The translations under genes were made by a program, and so were the position numbers. From NCBI GenBank assembly GCA_048882045.1, contig JBHLRZ010000003.1, positions 128,001 to 192,000 on the forward strand: a stretch of 64,000 nucleotides of DNA. Direction: 5' to 3'. Position 1 is the stretch's first letter. The number at the start of each line of letters is the position of its first letter. The notes under the pieces were generated by a model. The model ran no database searches and was not told the origin of the DNA. It saw only the letters and a program-made list of their open reading frames with translations. This document shows, one piece after another, positions 18,419 to 27,693 of the stretch. This DNA comes from Candidatus Thorarchaeota archaeon. Its GTDB lineage: Archaea; Asgardarchaeota; Thorarchaeia; Thorarchaeales; Thorarchaeaceae.

Positions 18419-19285
18419 GTGACCCATGAGGGTATACTGTTGAGTAGTGGGGATATACAACTAAATGTGCTGAAGCATATCGAGAGTCTAGAAGAGGGAA
18501 TACCTCAGATCTATGGAAACATGGCTGTAACGGGTCTGAGTGACGTAAACGCAGAACTGTTCAACGGAATCATTTCGACTCAGATAGCTCTCGAAGTAGG
18601 GAACATGCAAGTTGAGGAGTCAGGTAATGTTCCGAGTCTCCGGTTCAACGCAGAACAACCAACTCTGATACGTTGCGGTGAGGGAGTTCTTGGAGGAGGT
18701 CTGCAGGACAGGATCATAGCTGAAAGCATGGTCATTGAAGGGAATCGATCTCTCAACGTGTTTTGCATTGAAGCAGGTCGATGGTCTGCAAAGACTGGAG
18801 AGTGGTTACATACAAACACACCTGTTTCAATGCGGCGGGCGATACTAGGGGGGCGAGATCAAAGGTATGTTTGGAGTGAGGTCCAGAGAATTCTTGGATC
18901 TTGGGGTGTGCACTCAGGAACCAGTGCATTAGGAGAACTCTATGTGAATCATGGATTTGCATTCGAAAAGTTAGCTACGAGATTTGATTGGTCTGACGAT
19001 GATGTGGGAATGATTGTCACAATTGATGGCAAGGTTCATGGAATAGAGATCTTTGGAGACAAGATGGGTCTGAGAAGAGACTATGCATCAATCCTCAAAG
19101 AGAGTTATGCACCAATAGCACTACAAACTGCAAGTGGAAAATCGATGTCATATGAGGATGTCCACGACGCCATCAATGAATTCTTCTCCGAACTCCATGC
19201 TGGTACTCGCTATGCACAGGTTGTGAACCACATGGAAATCTGGCTTATGCGTGTGCAGTATGAAAGTTTCACTTCAAACGATTGA
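18419..19285 (+). CDS. ARPP-1 / DUF6569-like protein
   Basis: VEESGNVPSL, GEGVLGGGLQDRII, VFCIEAGRW, QRYVWSEV and GMIVTIDGKVHGIEIFG pattern. Start GTG 18419 or 18395; the 3' end may be frameshifted. Confidence 0.75.
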   Translation: MTHEGILLSSGDIQLNVLKHIESLEEGIPQIYGNMAVTGLSDVNAELFNGIISTQIALEVGNMQVEESGNVPSLRFNAEQPTLIRCGEGVLGGGLQDRIIAESMVIEGNRSLNVFCIEAGRWSAKTGEWLHTNTPVSMRRAILGGRDQRYVWSEVQRILGSWGVHSGTSALGELYVNHGFAFEKLATRFDWSDDDVGMIVTIDGKVHGIEIFGDKMGLRRDYASILKESYAPIALQTASGKSMSYEDVHDAINEFFSELHAGTRYAQVVNHMEIWLMRVQYESFTSND

Positions 19286-19979
19286 CGATCTTGTGTCCAC
19301 AGTAAGGACAAGTTTCCTCTTCACCAGGTAAAACAGGCGCGTCCAGCTTACCATCACAATTTGGACACTCAGTGATTGCCTTAGGAAGCTGTGATACGGC
19401 TTCTTGTGTATAGATTACACGTGAGTTCTCATCAATCACTCCCCTGAACTTTCCTGACTTTGATAGCTCTTTCATTGCGTCGACGATTTGTTCATCGGAA
19501 GCTTCTGTAACTTTCGAAATCTGGTCAAAGGTCATTCTTCTCTGAGCATAGAGAAGGTGCAGGAGACTCTCCTTTAATGACACAGCCTTGGGACTGACTA
19601 TCTCATAAGCGGCTCGATCAAGATAGACCAGAGGTATACGACGAGTTGCAAGCTTCTCAGCAGCATCAGCGACTGTTTCAGAATCCACATCTAGCTCCTT
19701 AGCAGCAGCGTCGACACTGATTCTACCCTCCTTCTGGACAAGAGAAATCAAGTCTCCCGATACATCACCGATTCGAGCTTCACGAGTTCCTTTGGCAATC
19801 AACCAAAGACCAGCAATCAGCTCAGGAAGTGCAAGGATTGACCAGGCAATCATACCAGATGCAATCAGCGTCATGATTTCACCACCAACAGTCATCGTAC
19901 TCTGATAGACAATCAGAGTCATTGCTCCGCACACAATCACGAGTATGATGCCTAGAAACTGCGCAAGTCTTGGATTCAC
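19269..19979 (-). CDS. Two-TM protein with tandem winged-helix (PCI-like) domains and C-terminal double zinc ribbon
   Basis: Two N-terminal TMs; ISVDAAAKELDVD and MTFDQISKVT...ELSKSGKFRGVIDENSRVIYT winged helices; CPNC...CPYC. Confidence 0.75.
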   Translation of the reverse strand: MNPRLAQFLGIILVIVCGAMTLIVYQSTMTVGGEIMTLIASGMIAWSILALPELIAGLWLIAKGTREARIGDVSGDLISLVQKEGRISVDAAAKELDVDSETVADAAEKLATRRIPLVYLDRAAYEIVSPKAVSLKESLLHLLYAQRRMTFDQISKVTEASDEQIVDAMKELSKSGKFRGVIDENSRVIYTQEAVSQLPKAITECPNCDGKLDAPVLPGEEETCPYCGHKIVNRLK

Positions 19980-20186
19980 GTCACTCTCTCTCCGACCTTT
20001 TCAGAAATGTGGAACCAATTATAGATTCCGACTCACGAAATCATGGAAAATTGGCCAATAAGGGGAATTTTCATCAAAAATGGAGCCCATTAAGTACAAT
20101 CTCCATCTAACAGAATCCAAGCCTTCCCGACGGATAAGTTATATATACAGAGACAGAACACAAATGAAGTACAGACCCTGAAGGAC

Positions 20187-20615
20187 GTGTATGAATCTTT
20201 GGTGATTGATAAAGAAGGGGCTACGAGTGCTATCATTCTACATCTGACACCCGGTGAACCGGTTGTCTTTCCAGCTGAATTTGTGGCAGATATAGGGGAA
20301 AAAGCAGGGCTAGTGGTCATGCACCACAAAGACCGCGTCGTCAAAATCTTCCCTGTTGCCAATGAGGACATCTATCTGCTCAGGATCGAGATAAGTGATC
20401 TGTCTCGTAACTTCTTGAAGCAGCTGAACTTTGCGTTCAACGACGCCAAGCTGAGTGACATCATATTCACCACCGGCGTATGTCTTCGTGGCGAGAGATG
20501 CTACTATGAGTGCTACTTCATTCCAGACCAACTGGTTGTGACACTCAACGAGCTTGAAGACAGCCTGAAGAAGATTCCTGGAGTTTCCAGAGTCGTCTTG
20601 AGAAAGGTCGCATAA
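20187..20615 (+). CDS. Hypothetical protein with ACT-like C-terminal fold
   Basis: Beta-alpha pattern ending ELEDSLKKIPGVSRVVL; TTATATA box near 20139. Confidence 0.65.
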   Translation: MYESLVIDKEGATSAIILHLTPGEPVVFPAEFVADIGEKAGLVVMHHKDRVVKIFPVANEDIYLLRIEISDLSRNFLKQLNFAFNDAKLSDIIFTTGVCLRGERCYYECYFIPDQLVVTLNELEDSLKKIPGVSRVVLRKVA

Positions 20616-20621
20616 TCCGAT

Positions 20622-20746
20622 GTCGATGGACCGTAAGGACGGTCTAGAGCGGTAGTTGTGCCCAAAGAATCGACCTTACTAGGTCCAGAGAGAGCCTCTG
20701 CCCTTGGTATGAGGCTCACTATGCCTTTTTGTTTAACTATAAACAA
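20622..20746. other. Cluster of stem-loops between convergent genes (terminator or structured RNA)
   Basis: GACCGT-AAGG-ACGGTC, GACCT-TACT-AGGTC, GAGCCTC...GAGGCTC, TTGTTTA-ACTA-TAAACAA. Confidence 0.45.
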
Positions 20747-20750
20747 GGGT

Positions 20751-21152
20751 TTACATGTCATCCTTATTAGTTGAAACGAAATCAGTGTTGTAGAGATAAG
20801 AGATTGTTGTAATCATAGGAACAATGAATAGCAGAGAGTAAAGAACTCTAAACGCGTTGATAGTGATAACATAATCAACAAGAAATGTCATAGCAATCCC
20901 TAAACAGTTATAGAGAATATGGAACAAGAGCCAGTTTTTGGTCCGCTTTCTGTCAGGTTCTGTGTCTATTTCGAAAGCAGATATGAGAGCCAACATTCCA
21001 ATCAGATGTTGAGCAGGAGCTATGCCTGAAAAAAGAACATTGACTTCAGGAATCAGTCTAAGAAACATACCAGATAGTAACAAAATTCCTTGAAACACGA
21101 AAATAGCTGTGTAATATCGTTTTGATCCCTGTTGGTCGTTGATTTCCTCCAT
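20751..21152 (-). CDS. Hypothetical four-TM membrane protein
   Basis: 133 aa, four hydrophobic segments, AT-rich. Confidence 0.7.
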   Translation of the reverse strand: MEEINDQQGSKRYYTAIFVFQGILLLSGMFLRLIPEVNVLFSGIAPAQHLIGMLALISAFEIDTEPDRKRTKNWLLFHILYNCLGIAMTFLVDYVITINAFRVLYSLLFIVPMITTISYLYNTDFVSTNKDDM

Positions 21153-21189
21153 GTTCTAGGGTTGAACATTCATGAAGATATTTTCTTTT

Positions 21190-22026
21190 CTACAAGAGTT
21201 CCAAACCTTCTTTCCTGAGCTCCCTATAATTCCGGAGGTTGTCTGGAATGTAGGCATCCAGGAACACGTTCAGTATGTTCTCTGAATCTCGCTCGATTCC
21301 ATAGCTCTTGAAGTACTTGAGAACATTCTTGATGTCTCGACGAAGCATAAGCTCAACCTTGTTCATGTCTGACCACTTGTTGACAACCTCACCTTGTGGC
21401 ATGTCAATGATCCATGGACTATCCTGCCACCAGAGGATGTTGTAACCACTAAGGTCCCCATGAACGTAATGTGCTTCGCTGTACATGAGAAGATACTGGT
21501 CTAGAACCTCGTTCATCACAGCCTCTGGATCTTCAAGCTCTACTTCACGGAGTTGTGGTGCTGGATTTTCTCCATCACCAATGAACCTCATAGTGAGATA
21601 GTTTGCAACCCGTGAGATAGGAGTAGGAACCCTGACTCCAGCCTTGTAGCAGGCCTGAAGAATGTCGAACTCCTGAACTGCTATGTCCTCCACAAGACCA
21701 AGAATCCATCTTGTCTTCTTTCCACTGGACTCACGGATGTATCCTTTGCCCATTGATAGCTTGTGGGGAGTAGCCCAGAGTCGATAGGCCTTTAGGATGA
21801 TAGGATGGTCATTCCATGTAGCAAGAAAGATTGAGGCCTCCTTTCCTGCACTCATAGGATAAAGCACATCGTGAGCCAGTCCAAACCGGATTGCATCATC
21901 ACGGATCTCCTTGAACTTCGGTTCTTCGATTGTGGCTTTCCCGCAAGTACCACCTCGAATAGCATCACGTTTCTGATCAATAGCACTCCCTTTTGAGAGA
22001 GGATTGAACTTGTCGACACGACTCAT
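21190..22026 (-). CDS. RIO1-family atypical protein kinase (paralog 2)
   Basis: SAGKEASIF, ILKAYR, VHGDLSGYNIL, IIDMPQ, LRRDIKNV. Confidence 0.92.
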   Translation of the reverse strand: MSRVDKFNPLSKGSAIDQKRDAIRGGTCGKATIEEPKFKEIRDDAIRFGLAHDVLYPMSAGKEASIFLATWNDHPIILKAYRLWATPHKLSMGKGYIRESSGKKTRWILGLVEDIAVQEFDILQACYKAGVRVPTPISRVANYLTMRFIGDGENPAPQLREVELEDPEAVMNEVLDQYLLMYSEAHYVHGDLSGYNILWWQDSPWIIDMPQGEVVNKWSDMNKVELMLRRDIKNVLKYFKSYGIERDSENILNVFLDAYIPDNLRNYRELRKEGLELL

Positions 22027-22817
22027 ATTCGTGCGACCTCCTCAGCGAAGTGCCTCTGGTTATGTGGAACATACTCTGACAGAAAGACATCGAGTATCTC
22101 ATCAGGGTTTCGTCTAATCCCATACTTCTTGAAGTACGATAGGACATTGACTATGTCTCGTCTGAGTAATGACACTATGTTCTTCATGTCAGACCATGGT
22201 CCGACCTTGCAAGCCTGTGGCATGTCAATGATCCAAGGACTATTCTGCCACCAGAGGATATTGTAACTACTCAAGTCCCCATGCACATAATTGGCATCCC
22301 GATACATGAGGAGATAATCGTCAAGTATCTTGTCCAATACAAGATCGGGTTCCTCAAGCTGGACATTTCGCAATTGGGGTGCAGGTTCTAGACCGTCACC
22401 AATGAAACGCATTGTGAGATAGTTGCCCACTCTACCGATTGGAGTTGGTACTTTCATACCTGCCTTGAAACAAGCACTGAGTAGGTCATACTCCTTTGCA
22501 GCCAAGACCTGCATTCTCCCAGGAGCGAAGAATCCTTTCTTTTTCTTTGCCTGAGATGTGTTCCAGAACCTGAATGCTTTGAGGATGATGGGATGATCCT
22601 TCCACATTGCCAAGAATATCGAGGCTTCTTTCCCTGCGTTCATCTGGTACAATATCTCAGTAGCCAAGCCAAACTTGACAGCGTCTTCCTTCACTTCATC
22701 CAGAGTGATCTCACTGATCTGGACTGTCCATCCTCTCTGATTACCTCGCTGGGCATCTCTCTTAATGGAGAGGGCATCAGGCTTTCTCGGATTGAGCTTC
22801 TCAACCACTCCGGCCAT
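22023..22817 (-). CDS. RIO1-family atypical protein kinase (paralog 1)
   Basis: NAGKEASIF, VHGDLSSYNIL, IIDMPQ; GAGGTG RBS; ATGA overlap with paralog 2. Confidence 0.92.
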   Translation of the reverse strand: MAGVVEKLNPRKPDALSIKRDAQRGNQRGWTVQISEITLDEVKEDAVKFGLATEILYQMNAGKEASIFLAMWKDHPIILKAFRFWNTSQAKKKKGFFAPGRMQVLAAKEYDLLSACFKAGMKVPTPIGRVGNYLTMRFIGDGLEPAPQLRNVQLEEPDLVLDKILDDYLLMYRDANYVHGDLSSYNILWWQNSPWIIDMPQACKVGPWSDMKNIVSLLRRDIVNVLSYFKKYGIRRNPDEILDVFLSEYVPHNQRHFAEEVARI

Positions 22818-23142
22818 TATGCCACCTCATACTGACTGAAACGACACCCATGGCTTAAGCCTGGTACGTGCTGCAAGAGAGGAGCTTTCCGCTTCTCTGG
22901 ACTCTTTTTGTCCGAACGTCTGCTTTCACCGGCACCGTTGTTAGTTGTCGATGACCGGTTTACTTTGTGATTGTTAGTATACAACTTTTGTTTCACTCTC
23001 ATCGGCTGAGCGTCACGCATCATAATTCGTAGCACAATAGAACCACAAGAAGTCGAAACCCACAACATACGTTGTGCCTCAATGGCATTCAAACACGATG
23101 CGTAGAATGAATGAATGAGCACACAGAAGCAGCGAAAGTCAG

Positions 23143-23199
23143 TCAGACTTTCTCAACGTCGGTGCGGATCACAACTACAGTTTCTTCTCTTACAATCAT
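23143..23199 (-). CDS. Putative 18-aa upstream/leader peptide MIVREETVVVIRTDVEKV
   Basis: GGAGGTG RBS (23210-23216) 10 nt before ATG 23199; TATA-like CTATATAC near 23250. Confidence 0.4.
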   Translation of the reverse strand: MIVREETVVVIRTDVEKV

Positions 23200-23395
23200 G
23201 TGTTCAAAGCACCTCCGTTAACCAATTGATTCGAGTTCGAGATTGGAAGTATATAGGGTTTCCGGTCACAGTAGGAATAGTCGATTGAAACCACAGCCCA
23301 TAGGGAAGGATTTATCTCCAATACACGCCGCCGTTTCACGCTTTCCGCGTGAGAGTTTAGCTATCCTTAACGCATCGATTGGATGATGAAGTAAA

Positions 23396-25102
23396 ATGGC
23401 AAACCCTACCAACCCATTGATAGTACAGTCAGACAAGTCAGTCCTTTTAGAGGTGGATAATCCTCTGTATGAAGATGCTAGGGACTCATTGGCTCGCTTT
23501 GCAGAACTTGTGAAGAGCCCAGAATATGTTCACACATACCGAGTGACTCCACTCAGTCTCTGGAACGCTGCAGCAATGGGAATGACTCCAGAAGAGGTCA
23601 TTAGAGCCCTGGAGGAGTTTGCTAAATATCCAATTCCGAGTAATATCTCAAGAGAGATTGTAGACTATATGTCAAGATATGGTCAACTCTCATTGTACAA
23701 GGAAGGACCAGACCTCCTTCTTTTGGCTGAAGAAGAAGATCTCGCTGAAGAGATATGGGCTAGCAAGAAACTCCAAGAATACTTCTTAGAACGAATAGAT
23801 GAGGTTACTATTCGTGTAGACCCTGCTCAACGAGGGTTCCTTAAACATGCATTACTTGAGCTAGGACATCCAGTCGAAGACATCGCAGGATATGTTGAGG
23901 GCGAGCATCTTCCATTTGAGATTCGTGAAATGACCCTCGAGGGCAAGAAGTGGGGACTTCGTGCCTATCAAGAGGATGCAGTTGCTATCTTCCACGCTGG
24001 CGGAGGAGTGAGGGGCGGTTCCGGTGTTGTTGTACTTCCATGTGGTGCTGGAAAGACAATGGTAGGCATTGGAGCAATGTACAAGCTCCAGACATCGACA
24101 ATCATCTTGTGTCCGAATGTAGTTGCAGTCAGACAATGGATCGCAGAACTTCTTGACAAGACCACTCTTCAGCCAGAGGACATTGGAGAATACACAGGCG
24201 ACAACAAGGAAATCCGACCAGTTACAGTGGCAACTTACCAGATCCTCACGTGGAGAAAGTCCAGGGAGGACAAGTTCCCTCACTTCCAATTGTTTGATGC
24301 TCGAAACTGGGGACTCATCATCTATGATGAGGTGCACCTACTTCCTGCACCAGTATTTCGGGTAACTGCAACCATTCAAGCCACAAGACGACTGGGTCTG
24401 ACTGCAACGCTGGTTCGAGAGGATGAGAAAGAGGAGGATGTGTTCAGCCTCATCGGTCCGAAAAGATTTGACATGCCGTGGAAGCAGTTGGAGGATCAAG
24501 GATGGATTGCAACAGCAGTATGCTACGAGATTAGACTTGAGCTTCCTGATGATATGCGACGTACATATGCCTTGGCTGAAGACCGGAAAAAATACAGAAT
24601 TGCAGCTGAGAATCCGAAGAAGATAGACATCATCCATAAGCTCCTAGAATACCATGTCGGAGACAATGTTCTTGTCATTGGAATGTACTTGGACCAGTTG
24701 AAGGAGATTGCAGACGTTGTAGACGCGCCATTGATTACAGGCAAGACATCCAATGATGAAAGGCAACGCCTCTATGAGGCATTCCGAGAGGGAAAAGAGA
24801 AGATACTCATTGTTTCGAAGGTTGCAAACTTTGCACTAGACCTCCCTGACGCAAACGTTGCCATCCAAGTATCGGGAACTTTCGGGTCGCGTCAGGAAGA
24901 GGCCCAACGATTGGGAAGGATTCTGAGACCCAAGACAGATGGCTCGTTCGCTCGTTTCTACTCACTCATTACAAAAGACACACGTGACATGGACTTTGCA
25001 GCAAAGCGTCAGCTCTTCCTCACTGAGCAGGGATACCAGTATGTTATTGCTTCTGCTGACGAGAAGGTCTGGGAAACTCCTCCTGAGAGTTTCTTCAACT
25101 AG
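23396..25102 (+). CDS. xpb: XPB/Rad25 (Ssl2) DNA helicase with N-terminal Helicase_C_3 domain
   Basis: PLIVQSDKSVLLEVD, ELVKSPEYVHTYRVTPLSLWNA, LPCGAGKT, DEVH, GLTAT, EAQRLGRILRPK. Confidence 0.95.
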   Translation: MANPTNPLIVQSDKSVLLEVDNPLYEDARDSLARFAELVKSPEYVHTYRVTPLSLWNAAAMGMTPEEVIRALEEFAKYPIPSNISREIVDYMSRYGQLSLYKEGPDLLLLAEEEDLAEEIWASKKLQEYFLERIDEVTIRVDPAQRGFLKHALLELGHPVEDIAGYVEGEHLPFEIREMTLEGKKWGLRAYQEDAVAIFHAGGGVRGGSGVVVLPCGAGKTMVGIGAMYKLQTSTIILCPNVVAVRQWIAELLDKTTLQPEDIGEYTGDNKEIRPVTVATYQILTWRKSREDKFPHFQLFDARNWGLIIYDEVHLLPAPVFRVTATIQATRRLGLTATLVREDEKEEDVFSLIGPKRFDMPWKQLEDQGWIATAVCYEIRLELPDDMRRTYALAEDRKKYRIAAENPKKIDIIHKLLEYHVGDNVLVIGMYLDQLKEIADVVDAPLITGKTSNDERQRLYEAFREGKEKILIVSKVANFALDLPDANVAIQVSGTFGSRQEEAQRLGRILRPKTDGSFARFYSLITKDTRDMDFAAKRQLFLTEQGYQYVIASADEKVWETPPESFFN

Positions 25103-26058
25103 AGAAGTTTCTTCAATCGTTCAATCTTCGATCGTGTGTACTCAATTACAGCTACGCGAACTCGAGGAGTACTTAGATTTGGTTCGACGCAACCAGCCTC
25201 CATTGAGAGAAGACGTTCTATTGACCAAATGATGATGTAGGAGAGAGCAATGGGTCTCAGTTGTGTAACCATCTCTGCATCATCCCTGTCAAGTAATCCT
25301 GGAATAGGCATAATTTCGGAAGTGGCAGGAGTTTCATGGAAGAATGCCAAGTCATAGAATCTGTTCCCAATGACACAATCTTCGAAATCAAGGAGCACAA
25401 CCTTGTCCGATTGAATGACAATATTCGGAAACCAGAGATCGCCATGCATAACTGAGGAGGTCCAACGACCCAAAGAGTCTGCATGGGACTGAACCATTGG
25501 CAATAGTTCACTGAGGGACGTGTTTAGTTGAGATACTACCTTTGAACAGCTTCTGAGAAACTCGTGTGAACTGATTCGGGAGTGAGTAGCACTGAGAAAT
25601 GATGCAGGAGAATGATAATCTCTTAGGCCTGCAGGTTTCCCTCGATAAAGAATTTTGAGACTCTCCTTCAGAAGGCTGATGTCATAGTCTGAGAATTGCT
25701 CGACAGATTGATGAATATCTCCCTCAACATATTCGAAGATGATGAATGGTGTTTCATTCTTGTCCGGGAGTGTTCCTATGGATAATGGGGAAGCCGCGAT
25801 GCCCAATCTGTTGTAGTAGTGTGAGATGTCAAAGAGTGATTTGTAATAGTTGGGATTTTGCTTAGAAACACGCCAAGGCAGTTTCAGTACAAAGTTGCCA
25901 TCAGCATATTGACCACGTATATTGATGTTCGACCATCCTCCAAGTGTGGATATGTCTAATGACATAGTAGAATCGAAGATAGCACATGATTCTGATAGTA
26001 GACTCTGTATTTCATAGATGGTATGTCCATGAACTTTGAACAAATGGCGCTCCTTCAT
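25099..26058 (-). CDS. Aminoglycoside phosphotransferase / choline kinase-like protein
   Basis: GGWSNIN, FVLKL, FEYVEG, HGDLWFPNI, LDFED, YDLA; start uncertain. Confidence 0.82.
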   Translation of the reverse strand: MKERHLFKVHGHTIYEIQSLLSESCAIFDSTMSLDISTLGGWSNINIRGQYADGNFVLKLPWRVSKQNPNYYKSLFDISHYYNRLGIAASPLSIGTLPDKNETPFIIFEYVEGDIHQSVEQFSDYDISLLKESLKILYRGKPAGLRDYHSPASFLSATHSRISSHEFLRSCSKVVSQLNTSLSELLPMVQSHADSLGRWTSSVMHGDLWFPNIVIQSDKVVLLDFEDCVIGNRFYDLAFFHETPATSEIMPIPGLLDRDDAEMVTQLRPIALSYIIIWSIERLLSMEAGCVEPNLSTPRVRVAVIEYTRSKIERLKKLL

Positions 26059-26114
26059 TTCTGGAGTGGATGAATCATGACAACTTCTAAAAGGCTGTCG
26101 GAAATCGCCTGTCC

Positions 26115-26402
26115 ATGAACGGGAGAGACCTACTTCTAATTCTAACACACCTATTCAGAAAGAAAGGCAACCCTGTTCGTATAGAGGATGCAGTTGAGTT
26201 CATATCATTCCGTTGTAGGTATGGTACACCGAGTATGGTACGAAGGATCCTCACCATCGGAACTGAGAATGAGATGATTGTTAGAGAGAATGACTGCATC
26301 AAAGCAGAATTTCTATACGACAAACAAATTCTGTCACCCAATCTCGTTGAGATGTTAAGAGATAATTTGACTGTTGGGAAGGAAATCGAACCGATGTCCT
26401 AG
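26115..26402 (+). CDS. Small archaeal protein, DUF2240-like
   Basis: LLLILTHLFRKKG...AVEFISFRCRYGTPSMVRRIL pattern. Confidence 0.6.
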   Translation: MNGRDLLLILTHLFRKKGNPVRIEDAVEFISFRCRYGTPSMVRRILTIGTENEMIVRENDCIKAEFLYDKQILSPNLVEMLRDNLTVGKEIEPMS

Positions 26403-27511
26403 GACTCCTCTGTTACAAACACTCGTAAGGAAGCCAAAAGAGAAGTTAGATGAATGAATGCGTTCTTGCCCTGGAGAAGACGATAGTCAATCTCCGCAAC
26501 CCTATCAATCACAGCAGTCATTATTTCTGGTTCAAATGGACGCTTCACCAAATCGCGCTCGATTTCTAGACAGACCTCTTGGGGGGAGTATCCTTCAATT
26601 GCTAGAAGATTCCGTAAGGTCTTTCGAGCTGGCCCATATTGACCATCCAGCGATAAGGTCACAATTTTCCTGACCCGATTTACAAGCTGAGTTTCAGAGT
26701 ACTTATAGACAACATCCTCGGTTACTGATGGACTTGCAGTGTGAGCAATCTGTAGAAGGCTGATTGCACGACGTAGGTCACCATTTGACTCACGAGCAAT
26801 GGCAGTGATTGCTGCATCATCAACCTCCACCTTCTCCTTTGATGCAATCTCTCTGATAAGATCTTGAGTAGTTTCTAGAGAGGATGCAGGGAATCTCAGA
26901 ACCAGTGACCTTGAGAGAATTGCTGGACTCCATCCAGTCAATGTTGGAGTGATTAGGATGAACCTGCATGCATCACTGTACATTTCCATTGTACGTCGAA
27001 GTCCCTGTTGCATACTGTATGTAAGAGCATCAGCCTCATCCAGTACTAGGATTTTGATCTTGTCATCAAGGACAGTACCTGTTGAGGCGAAGAACCTGAT
27101 GGATTCCTGAAGAAGCTGACTGCGCGTTGGTTCCCCAGAACGACCTCTCAGTTTTCGTGCAGCCTTTGCTTCTCTATACACTACTGACATGTATTCATCG
27201 AGTTCTGAGCGTTCTTCTCGACCAAGCTTTGCCAAATCTTGGACAGACCTTTTGGCTTTAGTTGCAGGAACATCCCAGACATCGCGAATATTGAGCATCT
27301 TGTAGTTGGCGCTAAAACTGTCAGTGAGAATCTTTCGTGAGAAGATCTCTGCAGCTGCTGTCTTGCCTGTGCCGGATGGGCCATAAAAGATCATATTGGT
27401 GTACACACTGGACTCTGCCAAGGACTTTAGCTGATTGATGGTACTCTCTTTCCCAACGAAGTCATCCCATTCCTTGGGTCGATACTTGACACACCAGAGG
27501 GCCGGTTCCAA
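26399..27511 (-). CDS. Replication factor C small subunit-like clamp-loader ATPase
   Basis: WCVKYRP, GPSGTGKT, LDEADAL, LRRTME, SRS (canonical SRC), GDLRRAI; roughly 45-aa helical insert in the AAA+ core. Confidence 0.88.
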   Translation of the reverse strand: MEPALWCVKYRPKEWDDFVGKESTINQLKSLAESSVYTNMIFYGPSGTGKTAAAEIFSRKILTDSFSANYKMLNIRDVWDVPATKAKRSVQDLAKLGREERSELDEYMSVVYREAKAARKLRGRSGEPTRSQLLQESIRFFASTGTVLDDKIKILVLDEADALTYSMQQGLRRTMEMYSDACRFILITPTLTGWSPAILSRSLVLRFPASSLETTQDLIREIASKEKVEVDDAAITAIARESNGDLRRAISLLQIAHTASPSVTEDVVYKYSETQLVNRVRKIVTLSLDGQYGPARKTLRNLLAIEGYSPQEVCLEIERDLVKRPFEPEIMTAVIDRVAEIDYRLLQGKNAFIHLTSLLASLRVFVTEES

Positions 27512-27693
27512 TCTGTCACACCTACCCTCGACTCATCTCAAGTATACATAAGCTTGTTTCTTTTCCAGAAAACCTATGTAGATGTAATTCACAACGTACC
27601 CGATTTGAGATGATGACAGAACCAAAAGTTACTTAATTACTCAAAAGCTGGGCGCTTGTTTGCAAATCTCAAATCTACGGTCTGGGAAACAGA

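Noticed and set aside
22817-23122. 101-aa minus-strand ORF ending at the RIO start (TAATG overlap)
   Set aside because: Low-complexity basic sequence, no clear RBS, and it overlaps the structured region. It cannot be excluded but is not supported enough to call.
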